DNA of 64,000 nt from an uncultured Bacteroides sp. (GCA_964371675.1 CAYJNL010000005.1:45215-109214), one strand, 5' to 3'. Shown: positions 38,173 through 47,648, counted from the first letter of the stretch. Numbers and translations are program-made. The notes: generated from the sequence alone by a model not told the origin.

Positions 38173-38814
38173 TTGCATAATTTTGCATTTGCTAAAAAAA
38201 ACAACATACGATTAAAGCCACTTAGAGCAAAAAGGTTTATTAGTGCGCAAAAGATATGGCAAACATGGGTGCCATATTTAACGTTGTTAGTTGGAATAGT
38301 ATTAGGGTCAATGCTTGAGCAGACAACCAGGCTTAGCGGACATGCGTATATACCGTATTTTATAAACCAAGTTATAAATACATATACACTAAAATTTGTT
38401 GACGTAGCGGCATTTGCCTTTATTTCTTCTTTCAGTTTACATGTTTTAATGTTATTTTTTAGTTTTTCTTGTATTGGTGTGCCTGCTCTTATAGCGTTGC
38501 CGTTTTTAAAAGGGATTTATATAGGTTGCATTAGTGGTTATTTATATTCAAGCATGGGTCTCACTGGTATTATAGTTAACATACTTATTTTTTTATTGCC
38601 GCAAGTTGCAGAGGCTTTATTAATTTGTGTTTTATGCACACATGCTTTGTACGTATCTAGTGGGCTTTTTAATTTATTAATTACTAAAAAATATGATAGT
38701 TTTATACGTATGCAGTTGTTTACACAAGTGTTTTTGTATTCATCGCTCGCACTAATACCAACCTGTCTACTAAGCGCCACCCTATCATACATCTTCCCTT
38801 TTACGCTTTTTTGA
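38173..38814 (+). CDS. spoIIM: Stage II sporulation protein M
   Basis: 213-aa polytopic membrane protein. IGVPALIALPFLKGIYIGCISGY...LLPQVAEALL aligns by eye with B. subtilis SpoIIM IGLPVILIMIFLKGVVVGFTVGF...VMPQNLF. TTG start 10 nt after AAGGAG. Confidence 0.75.
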   Translation: MHNFAFAKKNNIRLKPLRAKRFISAQKIWQTWVPYLTLLVGIVLGSMLEQTTRLSGHAYIPYFINQVINTYTLKFVDVAAFAFISSFSLHVLMLFFSFSCIGVPALIALPFLKGIYIGCISGYLYSSMGLTGIIVNILIFLLPQVAEALLICVLCTHALYVSSGLFNLLITKKYDSFIRMQLFTQVFLYSSLALIPTCLLSATLSYIFPFTLF

Positions 38815-38979
38815 AAAAAAACCTCAAAAAACTTTCAACATGGTTGTTTTTTTTATTGCTGTTTTGTTGAATGGTAGTGGGTTTTAGTTTGGTTTTTTGC
38901 GAAATAGAGTTTCACAAAATTTTCGTCCTTATTGGGTTTAATGCTGTTTTTATGATGTACGCGCAAAGAATTTAATAAA

Positions 38980-39693
38980 TTAAATTTCTTCTATATTACT
39001 TAAAACCCATGCTTTTGTGAAGTTTATTTCTACATTACTGCCGCAATAGCGGCATTTTGTGTTTTTTGCTGATTTTACAGGTGCACCGCAATTCGGGCAG
39101 TTTGCTGTAAATGTATTTTCTTTGTTATAGTTAGAGTTCTCCGGCAAGTAAACCCATGCAGTATTTACACGTAATTGAGTTTTTTTGCCTTGTGGCTCGT
39201 TTTTGTCTTTTTTCACATACTCTACTGCCGCTTGAAAATAAATTGTAGCGCCTGATTGAGCATTAGTATATTTTGATATAGCATGTTTATGTATTTTAAT
39301 TTTATTAATCGAAACATTATTTCGCTTATATTCTTTTGCAAGCTTTTGCATTTTATCGTTTATTTGTTTATTATTTTCATACCTACTTAAATCTTCTGTT
39401 TCCAGCGCATTGTAAAATGCAAAAATCTCGTCTTTGTTTTTACTTTTTAGCTCATCAATAGACATTTGTGGAAAATCTTCTTGTATTCTCGGCCTTTCAA
39501 TAGACTCCATTCCACTTATTGATTTTGGGGTTTCTTCCATTTCCGTATCACGTATATCGGCAAGTTTAACAAGGTTTGCTGTGCCAAAAAGTCTTCTCAT
39601 TGTATTAATTACGCTTGTTGCGGCAACTGCAATGCCAATTATTACAACAAGTGCAAATGCAAGTATTATTATTGCTGTTACAGTTATATCCAT
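38980..39693 (-). CDS. Membrane-anchored protein with C-terminal zinc ribbon
   Basis: N-terminal TM helix and CPNCGAP...CRYCGS near the C-terminus. Function unknown. Confidence 0.7.
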   Translation of the reverse strand: MDITVTAIIILAFALVVIIGIAVAATSVINTMRRLFGTANLVKLADIRDTEMEETPKSISGMESIERPRIQEDFPQMSIDELKSKNKDEIFAFYNALETEDLSRYENNKQINDKMQKLAKEYKRNNVSINKIKIHKHAISKYTNAQSGATIYFQAAVEYVKKDKNEPQGKKTQLRVNTAWVYLPENSNYNKENTFTANCPNCGAPVKSAKNTKCRYCGSNVEINFTKAWVLSNIEEI

Positions 39694-39777
39694 TACTTGT
39701 TTTTCCTCTTTGTTGATAGTTTTAGATTTAATAGTTTATGATTTATTGTATATATAGGTTTATATTTTTACAAAAAC

Positions 39778-39854
39778 GTAGGGGCACCCCTGTGTGGGCA
39801 CCCGAAAATAGAAGGTTATCTTCAATTTCGGACAACCACATAGAGTAGCCCCTG
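39778..39854. repeat. Family C minimal palindromic unit (C3), positioned as terminator of the carboxyltransferase operon
   Basis: GTAGGGGCACCCCTGTGTGGGCACCCGAAA ... TTTCGGACAACCACATAGAGTAGCCCCTG form inverted ends around a 19-nt centre. On the minus strand it is followed by GTTTTTG, 23 nt after the stop at 39877. Confidence 0.7.
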
Positions 39855-39876
39855 TTTTATTAACTTAACTTACGAA

Positions 39877-41280
39877 TTAAACCGGATGAGATTTATCTTC
39901 GTAATTTACATGTGCACCGTCAACACCTTGTGTTTTTTCGTTTCTTTTCTCAAAGAACTTAGGTGCAACTTGTGGGAACATAGCATATGTTAGCACATCT
40001 TCTTCTTGCTGTGCATATTTAGCCGCTTCAGCCTTCATTTTCTCAACTTCAGGCTCTAGCAAGTCAGCAGGTCTGCATGTAATAGCCACTTCATCGCCAA
40101 GGATTTTCTTGCTAAACTCTGCACTAATAGGTGCAGGAGTTTTGCCGTATTCGCCCTTAACCATTGCTTTAAACTCTTTAGTTACCATTTTATAGCGCTC
40201 GCCCATAATAATGTTAAACACAGCTTGTGTACCAACAATTTGGCTTGTAGGTGTAACAAGTGGTGGATAACCCGAGTCTTCGCGAACACGTGGTATTTCT
40301 TTTAAAACGTCCTCTAGTTGGTCTTCTTTGCCTGCATCTTTTAGCTGTTTCAAAAGGTTTGAAAGCATACCGCCAGGTACTTGGTAAAGTAGTGTATTTG
40401 CATCAACACCAAGCATTTTTGGGCTAAGTTGACCTGATGATAGATATTTTTCACGTAGTTTTGCAAAGTGAGCACGAACAATGTCAAGCTGTTTAAGGTC
40501 AAGACCTGTGTCGTAATCTGTGCCTTGCAAAGCTGCAACAAGACTCTCTGTTGGCATGTGGCTTGTGCCAAGTGAAACAGGGCTTATTGCTGTGTCAATA
40601 ATATCAGCGCCTGCCTCAATGCCTTTGATTATAGACATACTTGCAAGACCTGATGTGTAGTGGCTGTGAATGTCAACAGGGATTTTAATTGTCTCTTTAA
40701 GCTCTTTAACAAGCTCATATGTTGAGTACGGTGTTAAAAGACCAGCCATGTCTTTGATACAAATGCTGTGTGCACCCATATCTTCAAGTGTTTTTGCATA
40801 GTTTGCAAAATAAGCGTTGCTATGCACAGGGCTTAGCGTATAGCTTATACAGCCTTGAACGTGTGCATTCTCTTTAACAGCTGATTTAATAGCTGTCTCA
40901 AGGTTGCGTGGGTCATTAAGCGCATCAAATATACGCAAAATGTCAATACCGTTAGATACTGATTTTTTAACAAAATACTCAACAGCATCGTCAGCATAGT
41001 GGCGGTAGCCAAGCATATTTTGACCCCTAAATAGCATTTGCAATTTTGTGTTAGGGCAAGCTTTACGCATTATGCGCAGTCTCTCCCATGGGTCTTCGTC
41101 AAGAAAACGAATGCAAGAGTCAAACGTTGCACCGCCCCAGCACTCAAGAGAGAAATAGCCCACTTTGTCCATCTCGGGCAGTATGTCTCTCATTTCATCC
41201 ATTGTCATACGTGTAGCAATTAGTGATTGATGCGCGTCACGAAGTGCAACTTCTGTAATTTTAATTGGTTTTTTTGCCAA
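39877..41280 (-). CDS. Oxaloacetate decarboxylase alpha / transcarboxylase 5S-type carboxyltransferase subunit (no biotinyl domain)
   Basis: 467 aa with an N-terminal ITEVALRDAHQSL TIM-barrel carboxyltransferase signature. It ends before any AMKM domain. Confidence 0.9.
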   Translation of the reverse strand: MAKKPIKITEVALRDAHQSLIATRMTMDEMRDILPEMDKVGYFSLECWGGATFDSCIRFLDEDPWERLRIMRKACPNTKLQMLFRGQNMLGYRHYADDAVEYFVKKSVSNGIDILRIFDALNDPRNLETAIKSAVKENAHVQGCISYTLSPVHSNAYFANYAKTLEDMGAHSICIKDMAGLLTPYSTYELVKELKETIKIPVDIHSHYTSGLASMSIIKGIEAGADIIDTAISPVSLGTSHMPTESLVAALQGTDYDTGLDLKQLDIVRAHFAKLREKYLSSGQLSPKMLGVDANTLLYQVPGGMLSNLLKQLKDAGKEDQLEDVLKEIPRVREDSGYPPLVTPTSQIVGTQAVFNIIMGERYKMVTKEFKAMVKGEYGKTPAPISAEFSKKILGDEVAITCRPADLLEPEVEKMKAEAAKYAQQEEDVLTYAMFPQVAPKFFEKRNEKTQGVDGAHVNYEDKSHPV

Positions 41281-41303
41281 AACAATTCACCTCTCGTTAT
41301 TAA

Positions 41304-41663
41304 TTAGTTCATTGATACAAGAACATCGCCTGCGTTTACTACATCGCCTTTTTTGCAATCAACACTTGCCACTGTTCCGTCTTGCGGAGCAACAATTTCA
41401 TTAGCCATTTTCATAGCCTCAAGTATGCAAAGTACATCGCCGGCTTTAACGCTTGCGCCGTTTGAAACTTTAACTTCTAAGATATTACCGGGCATTGGTG
41501 CTGTAACTGTAACAGCGCCTGCTGCCGCTGCCGGTGCCGCCGGTGCTGCCGCCGGTGCCGCCGCTGCAGGTGCAGCTACGGGTGCGCTTTGTGCGCCGCC
41601 TTGAGCTTCTTCTACTGTAACACTGTAAGGTGTTCCGTTAACTGTAATGTTGAAAGATTTCAT
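41304..41663 (-). CDS. Biotin carboxyl carrier protein (1.3S-type)
   Basis: 119 aa with an Ala/Pro-rich linker and an EAMKM biotinylation motif. Confidence 0.9.
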   Translation of the reverse strand: MKSFNITVNGTPYSVTVEEAQGGAQSAPVAAPAAAAPAAAPAAPAAAAGAVTVTAPMPGNILEVKVSNGASVKAGDVLCILEAMKMANEIVAPQDGTVASVDCKKGDVVNAGDVLVSMN

Positions 41664-41782
41664 TAGTCTTCCTCCTATTAATTCTTAAAATTCTTGTTTT
41701 GCGATAATCTGTGATAAATTAAAACATTTACCACACGCTTAGTATTAAACTTAATTTATGAAAAGCTATATAAATTATAGCA

Positions 41783-43114
41783 TTACAAAGACATGTTGCC
41801 GTGTTTTTTAGGCAAGCGTTGTACGCGTTTTGTGCAAAGCATATCAAGTGCCGCACCAACAGTTGCGCGAACTTCAGCAGAAGTTACAGCAAAATCTGCA
41901 ATGCCTGCATTAACAGCCGCACCTGCACTGCAAACTTCGTTTGCGTACTCTGTTGCTTTTTTAGCTGTGTCAGTAGCAATGTTGCTACCGCTTTCAATTT
42001 CTTCTTTATACAAAATGCTTGCCGCTACACTTGGCTCAACAGGAGCAATTGTGCAGCCAGAAACTGCTATTGTCAAATCAGCGTTTGCAAGTGCTGTGTA
42101 AGCTGTACCAACAGCTTTACCTGTTACAACTGCAATTTTAGCTGTTGTTGCATCTGCATAAGTGCCTGCAAGCCTTGCAGCCTCACGCAAACCACCCGAC
42201 AAGTCTTCACTACAACTTTTTGCAAAACCGTCTGTGTTAATAACAGTTACAACTGCAATGCCAAAAGCATCACACATGCGCACAAATCTTGAAACTTTAG
42301 AAACACAAGTGCGGCAAATGCTCTCGTTTGCGCCTGCTGTTGCTACAACGCCAACCACGTTGCCGCAAACTGTTGCAAGTGCTGTGTAAACATTTTTGCC
42401 AAACTCACTGTTAAATTCAATGTTGCTGTCTGCATCAACAATTGTGTCAACTGCATTTTTCATGTCGTATTTTGTAAGTGTATAGCTACCTTTTGGAGCA
42501 ATGCTCTCAAAAATAGCAGCGCCTGTCAAGTTGTTAGACGGTAATAAGCCAATAAGCTCAGCAGCTTTTTCAGCAGCTTTTTGTGCATCGTCTGTAACAA
42601 GTGTTGCAACACCTGCTTTTTGTGCATATTCTGCACTGCCTGCACCTTTAACATCATCGCCTTTTGCCGCTGAGTTGAACGGAGATGTAAGGAACATTTC
42701 AGCATCTTTTGCCATTATGCAAATATCCGCAGATGATGCCGCTAGTGCACTACCTGCACCACAAACACCTGTAACAACAGCAATTTGCGGTACTACGCCC
42801 GAAATTTTTGCAACTGCCGCACAAAGCTGTGCACTTGCATTTAATGCTTTTAAACCTTCTTCAATAAGTGCACCGTTTGAGTTATAGAAAGTTACAATGG
42901 GGTTGCCGGTTTTAGCCGCCATATCCAAAACTTTTACCATTTTCTCAACGTCGCTTGCGGCAAGAGCCGCACCGTCTTGACACACAGCATAAACGGGGTT
43001 ACCGTTTGCACTGCCGAAAGCAGCCTTCACAGCACTGTCCGAAAACAGAGTTGTATAGGCTCCCTCATCAAAAAAATTAGTGAGAATTTCTTTGCCTACT
43101 TTTGCATTAGCCAT
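41783..43114 (-). CDS. Acyl-CoA carboxyltransferase (methylmalonyl-CoA decarboxylase alpha / 12S-like), compact form
   Basis: Start is the ATG at 43114 (MANAKVG), 6 nt after AGGAGGG. Two crotonase-like halves; C-terminal ...LPKKHGNMSL tail typical of this family. Confidence 0.85.
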   Translation of the reverse strand: MANAKVGKEILTNFFDEGAYTTLFSDSAVKAAFGSANGNPVYAVCQDGAALAASDVEKMVKVLDMAAKTGNPIVTFYNSNGALIEEGLKALNASAQLCAAVAKISGVVPQIAVVTGVCGAGSALAASSADICIMAKDAEMFLTSPFNSAAKGDDVKGAGSAEYAQKAGVATLVTDDAQKAAEKAAELIGLLPSNNLTGAAIFESIAPKGSYTLTKYDMKNAVDTIVDADSNIEFNSEFGKNVYTALATVCGNVVGVVATAGANESICRTCVSKVSRFVRMCDAFGIAVVTVINTDGFAKSCSEDLSGGLREAARLAGTYADATTAKIAVVTGKAVGTAYTALANADLTIAVSGCTIAPVEPSVAASILYKEEIESGSNIATDTAKKATEYANEVCSAGAAVNAGIADFAVTSAEVRATVGAALDMLCTKRVQRLPKKHGNMSL

Positions 43115-43427
43115 TAACAGCCCTCCTGATTTATCTGAAAACACATAAACTAAGCTTTTATTCTTGCAAAAAACAGCTTTTTAATTTTAAGTTTAACATT
43201 AGTACTTAATACACACAAAAAAATTACGCTAAAGCGCAAGTTCTTGTTTTTTATAAGCACACATGTGTAACTTATATTTAAAAAAGTTATTCACATTTTT
43301 AAAAAGCAAGCTAACACGTTTTCTTTTAAAAAAATTCAAATTTATATTATTATACTATTTTTTGACAATATCCACAAGTAGAAAATGCAAAATAATTGTA
43401 TTTTTTTTGAAAAAATTAAATTTGCAC

Positions 43428-43793
43428 TTATTTTTTACATGTATATAGCAGTTTTTTGTTATCTATTGGCAAATTTTCACCTTTGAAAAAGACATTTAGC
43501 CATTTTTCTAGCTTCACATCGTTTTTATTCACATCAAAATGCGTCGCGCCGTCGCCGTCGCCATATGCAACACATGCACGAACACCGCCGTCAACAATAG
43601 CATTTACATCAACACTGCACTCTTGCACTGTTGTTAAGGTGCCGTTTACTGTAAAAAGTATGTGCCCTAAATAATTTTCCTTTTCCATAATTACATAGCC
43701 CTTTGTATTTTCTCCGTACCGCTCTGCGTTAAGGCTCTCAAGCACTATGGGCTCTTTTATAGGGTGCATGGATATCATGTTATTATTCTCCAA
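43428..43793 (-). CDS. Hypothetical protein (121 aa)
   Basis: ORF only; no motif recognised. Confidence 0.55.
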   Translation of the reverse strand: MENNNMISMHPIKEPIVLESLNAERYGENTKGYVIMEKENYLGHILFTVNGTLTTVQECSVDVNAIVDGGVRACVAYGDGDGATHFDVNKNDVKLEKWLNVFFKGENLPIDNKKLLYTCKK

Positions 43794-43807
43794 TTACATA
43801 ATTTTGT

Positions 43808-44626
43808 TTACTTCTTTGGCTTATACCTTTTGAACTTATTGCCTTTGTTCTTTTTATTTGTCTCAGTGTTTTTCTTAATATCAGACGAAGTTTTGCCCCT
43901 TGTTGCGGCTGTTTTAAGTGCTATAACCTCGCTTGGTGTTAGCTCTCTATACTGCCCCGGTTGCAACATGCCTAGTTTCACAGCACCTATTGCCGTGCGG
44001 CGTAGCCTTATTACATTTAGGTTAACGGCCTCGCACATTCTGCGAATTTGCCTGTTTTTGCCCTCTTTTATTGTCATTTCCATAACAGTGCGCTCAGGCT
44101 CTTGCGTAACTACTCTTATTACTGCGGGCTGTGTTTTTACACCGTCGTCAAGCACAACACCATCTGTGAGGCTTATAATTTGCTCCTCTGTTGCCCTTGG
44201 GCGCACAGTTACCCTGTACAATTTCGACACACCATGGCTTGGGTGCATTAACAAGTTTGCAAACGTGCCGTCGTTTGTCATAATTATTGCGCCCTCGCTG
44301 TCTTTATCAAGCCTACCTACAGGGAAAACCCTTGCTGGGATGTCCTCCATAAGCTCCATTATTGTCTTGCGTCCGCGCTCGTCATTCATTGTTGTAATAA
44401 AACCGCGCGGCTTGTATAGCAAATAATAATGTTTTTCCGCTTTGCGTGCAAAAAATACGCGCTTATCGTCAACAGACAGTACATCTTTGCCTGTGTCCAT
44501 CTTGTCGCCAAGTTTTACGGGGCGTCCGTTTAGCTTTACCCTGCCCTCTTCTATTATTTTTTCAGCCGCCCTACGGCTGCAAAGCCCTGCCTCGGCAAGT
44601 GCTTTTTGGATTCTTACATCTCTCAT
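43808..44626 (-). CDS. rluB: 23S rRNA pseudouridine synthase, RsuA/RluB family
   Basis: S4 domain (RIQKALAEAGLCSRRAAEKII), catalytic GRLDKDSEG, Lys-rich C-terminal tail. Confidence 0.92.
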   Translation of the reverse strand: MRDVRIQKALAEAGLCSRRAAEKIIEEGRVKLNGRPVKLGDKMDTGKDVLSVDDKRVFFARKAEKHYYLLYKPRGFITTMNDERGRKTIMELMEDIPARVFPVGRLDKDSEGAIIMTNDGTFANLLMHPSHGVSKLYRVTVRPRATEEQIISLTDGVVLDDGVKTQPAVIRVVTQEPERTVMEMTIKEGKNRQIRRMCEAVNLNVIRLRRTAIGAVKLGMLQPGQYRELTPSEVIALKTAATRGKTSSDIKKNTETNKKNKGNKFKRYKPKK

Positions 44627-44654
44627 TTAAACTCCGTTCTAAATTTAACAAAAA

Positions 44655-44748
44655 TATATATTAGCGTTAGCTAATATATATTGGCATGTGCGTAGCACCG
44701 CCATAAAATAAGTTATAAATAACCCATACAGAATTTGAGGGGGTTATA
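44655..44748 (-). repeat. Family A intergenic repeat, copy A5 (most complete)
   Basis: Minus strand reads ATAACCCCCTCAAATTCTGTATGGGTTATTTATAACTTATTTTATGGCGGTGCTACGCACATGCC, then the palindrome ATATATTAGCTAACGCTAATATAT. Confidence 0.75.
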
Positions 44749-44789
44749 TATATTAAACTTAAAATTACTTGTTTTGCTGTGTGTATTCA

Positions 44790-44953
44790 TTTATAGTTGA
44801 AACAATTTAAAATCTGTGCAAGACGGCGCCCGTTAAAATTTTGTTTATCAAGGCATCGGATTGAGCAATACTGCCGTATTGCGATTGACGATAACGAAAA
44901 TAAACGGAATTTTAACAGCTGAATTGTATAGATTTTGGATTGGTTTGACTATA
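44790..44953 (+). repeat. Family B structured repeat, copy B3
   Basis: A 17-bp long-range stem GTTAAAATTTTGTTTAT (44832-44848) / ATAAACGGAATTTTAAC (44900-44916) encloses the hairpin CAATACtgccGTATTG. The tail GGATTGGTTTGACTATAA overlaps the ytfJ stop. Confidence 0.75.
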
Positions 44954-45353
44954 ATATCTGCTCGTTTTGTTTTGCAAGCTCGTCCTCTTTGCTTTTGTTG
45001 AAAAGCGCTGTAATTTTTTCCACCATTTCAGGTAGCATGGCAACTGCTCTGTCCATGGCATTTTTGTTGTCTGCAAGTTGTATCATACGCACGTTATCTT
45101 TTTGTATAACAAGAAAACCAACAGGTGTTACAGTCATACCTGCACCGCCGCCACCGCCAAACATTTCTTTTGGTGTTTTACTTGGAAAGTCTGAACCGCC
45201 TGAGGCAAACCCAAACGAAATTTTAGAAATAGGAATTACAACCGTGCCGTCAGATGTTTTAATGGGGTTGCCAACAACAGTGTTAGCATCCACCATTGCC
45301 CTGATTTTTTCAATTGTCACGCTCATTAAATTGTTAATAGGGTGCTCGCTCAT
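44949..45353 (-). CDS. ytfJ: Sporulation protein YtfJ (GerW family)
   Basis: 134 aa with the GGGGGAGMTVTPVGFLVI signature. Confidence 0.85.
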   Translation of the reverse strand: MSEHPINNLMSVTIEKIRAMVDANTVVGNPIKTSDGTVVIPISKISFGFASGGSDFPSKTPKEMFGGGGGAGMTVTPVGFLVIQKDNVRMIQLADNKNAMDRAVAMLPEMVEKITALFNKSKEDELAKQNEQIL

Positions 45354-45513
45354 AAATTCGTCTCCATTCTGTCACTTAACGGATGGTTTGGTGCTTTATA
45401 AATATCCGCAAGTGACAAGCGAATACTTTAACCAAACTACGTTTCCGCTTTTTGGCAAGCGGTGTGCCTTTTATTTTTACTTTTTCCTATGTTCAGATGC
45501 TATTTAAAACTGT

Positions 45514-46134
45514 TTAAAAAACCTTTTCACGCTTTAGCCTTATCAGTGCATAAATAAACACGGTTAAAATTGAAATAAGCACTGCACTAACATCACAATA
45601 AACATATGTTTTGTCTTCATGAATATTATCATAGTCACAAATTATCTCAACATTTTTTATCTTCATTCGCAAATAATTATGCAGTGTGCCTATTGCTGTG
45701 CCGACATATGCGTTAACTCTGCCGTAAAAAACGGCTGTGTCTGCCGCCTCGGTTTTATGCACAGGGTAAATTAGTGTGATTTTTGTAAATGATAAACTGC
45801 GTATAATTTTACTCATCACTGTTCCCGCTGTTGCTATAATTTCAAAAATATCTTCGGCAAAGAGTATAAAATTAATTTTTTTCTTCTCTTTTTTGATAAC
45901 TTTGTCTACTTTGCCCTCTGCCTTTTTCTCTGCTTTTTCAACTTTTTTATCTTCTTTTTTATTTAGCGGAAAAACTTGTATTTTAATAAAAAATATGCGT
46001 AAAATTGCTGTGAATTTTTTGCTTTTATACTCTAGCAATACGTGCACAGGTAAGATTAACAGTATAAAAACAATAAGCAATATCGCAAGTAATATGTAGC
46101 CTATAACGGCAAGCACTGTTAGCAATATTGACAC
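45514..46134 (-). CDS. DUF2953 (YtfI-like) membrane protein
   Basis: N-terminal TM, Lys/Glu-rich linker; lies upstream of ytfJ as in Bacillus ytfI-ytfJ. Confidence 0.7.
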   Translation of the reverse strand: MSILLTVLAVIGYILLAILLIVFILLILPVHVLLEYKSKKFTAILRIFFIKIQVFPLNKKEDKKVEKAEKKAEGKVDKVIKKEKKKINFILFAEDIFEIIATAGTVMSKIIRSLSFTKITLIYPVHKTEAADTAVFYGRVNAYVGTAIGTLHNYLRMKIKNVEIICDYDNIHEDKTYVYCDVSAVLISILTVFIYALIRLKREKVF

Positions 46135-46193
46135 TGCAATCCCCCTTTTATTAATGTAGCTACTATATAAAAACTACTTTGGCTTTGTTTTGC

Positions 46194-46832
46194 CTAGTTG
46201 TTTTCTAAATCAATACTTTCTAAAATTGATGAAATTTCTCTCACATCTCCAAACTCTGCCATTTCTGGGAAAATCGCATCGTCGTCAGCATTTTCTGCGC
46301 TATCGTTTTCAACTTCTTGCTCGTCGTCATGTAGCGAGGGCAACTGTGCAAGGGAGGATATACCAAACGAGCGCAAGAAGACGTCTGTTGTGCAAAAAGA
46401 AATAGGTTTGCCGGGTAAATCCAGTCTGCCTGCCTCTGCTATAAGCCCTTTTTGTAACAGCTTATGTACAATGTGTGAGGAATCTATATTTCTAACTTGC
46501 TCTATAAAAGAGCGTGTAACGGGCTGGTTATATGCAATAATAGCAAGCACTTCCATAGCCGCTTGTGACAGTGGTGCATTTCTGCTTTTATCAAGTGCTT
46601 TTTTTATGTAGTCTCCGTACTCGGATTTTGTTGAAAATTGCCACTTGTTTTCAAGCTTTAATAAAATAAGCCCTCTGTCATTTTTGTTAAGTTCATCACA
46701 AATTGTGTTCAAAAGCCCCTCAACAACATTTTCATCAACACATAAAATCTCTGCAAGGTGCTCTGTTTCCACCGGCTCAGCATATGCAAAAAGTATTGCC
46801 TCCAATGCCGCCTTATATTGCTTTAAGTCCAT
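46194..46832 (-). CDS. scpB: Segregation and condensation protein B
   Basis: MDLKQYKAALEAILFAYAEPV start (ATG 46832, GGAG 7 nt upstream). Tandem winged-helix pattern with an acidic tail. Confidence 0.9.
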   Translation of the reverse strand: MDLKQYKAALEAILFAYAEPVETEHLAEILCVDENVVEGLLNTICDELNKNDRGLILLKLENKWQFSTKSEYGDYIKKALDKSRNAPLSQAAMEVLAIIAYNQPVTRSFIEQVRNIDSSHIVHKLLQKGLIAEAGRLDLPGKPISFCTTDVFLRSFGISSLAQLPSLHDDEQEVENDSAENADDDAIFPEMAEFGDVREISSILESIDLENN

Positions 46833-46858
46833 TTTTTCACTCCATTTACTCAAAGTTT

Positions 46859-47563
46859 CTATCTGTTTATACTTTTGTTCATTACAATTTGCTCGCTGTC
46901 GTCTATAACAATGCGCCCTGCTCTTATAAGTTCTAATACGGCAAGAAATGTTGCAACAGTGGCACTTCTTGAGCTATCGTGAGAAAAAAGTTGCCCCAGC
47001 TTTTTTGCCTTACCTGTTATTAGGTTGCGCAAAACAACTATTATGCGCGAAGTAACAGAAACTATTGGCGCTTGCACAATAGTTTCAAAGCGCTCTTGCG
47101 TGGGTGCTCTTTTTTGTGTACTGCGCCCTTTTATGCTGTTTAGCGCCTCAATTAGCTCAAAAGTTTCATGCCTGTGATTATAAGTTGTGTCAAATTCCAC
47201 TTCGGCTGGATCTCGAACATATGTATAAACACCCTCAGACATAATGCGCAGTTTTTCTGCTACTTTTTTGCACAGACTATACTCTATTAAAAGCCCTGTA
47301 AGCTCTTGTTTTAATCTCTCCGCCTCTTCGCTTTTAGGCAATAAAAAGTAAGATTTCATTTGAACAAGCCTTGCAGCCATCTCAATAAACTCACTAGCAC
47401 TGTCAAGTGCGTATATATCGGAATTTTCCATAACTTGCAAATATTGTTCTATAAGCTTCACAATATTTATCTCGTATATATTCATCTTATTTTTTGAAAT
47501 AAGCGTTAACAGTAAATCAAGCGGACCCTCAAATTCTTCTATTTTAAAAGTTATGCTCTTCAT
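46859..47563 (-). CDS. scpA: Segregation and condensation protein A
   Basis: MKSITFKIEEFEGPLDLLLTLI kleisin N-terminus. Start is the ATG at 47563 with AGAGGT upstream. Confidence 0.9.
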   Translation of the reverse strand: MKSITFKIEEFEGPLDLLLTLISKNKMNIYEINIVKLIEQYLQVMENSDIYALDSASEFIEMAARLVQMKSYFLLPKSEEAERLKQELTGLLIEYSLCKKVAEKLRIMSEGVYTYVRDPAEVEFDTTYNHRHETFELIEALNSIKGRSTQKRAPTQERFETIVQAPIVSVTSRIIVVLRNLITGKAKKLGQLFSHDSSRSATVATFLAVLELIRAGRIVIDDSEQIVMNKSINR

Positions 47564-47648
47564 TTTACCTCTTTTTAGGTTTAATTTTATTGTTAGAATA
47601 CACAAAGTTTATCTAAAACTCAATGACAATCCGTTTTAAACGCACATG

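Noticed and set aside
41793-42887. Several plus-strand ORFs (102, 163, 75 and 128 aa) opposite the carboxyltransferase gene
   Set aside because: These are shadow ORFs in a relatively GC/Ala-rich gene, and the minus-strand product has clear family signatures.
43764-45507. 220-aa and 190-aa plus-strand ORFs (43764-44426, 44935-45507)
   Set aside because: They are antisense to rluB and ytfJ respectively. Both real genes have diagnostic motifs, and the plus-strand translations are low-complexity.
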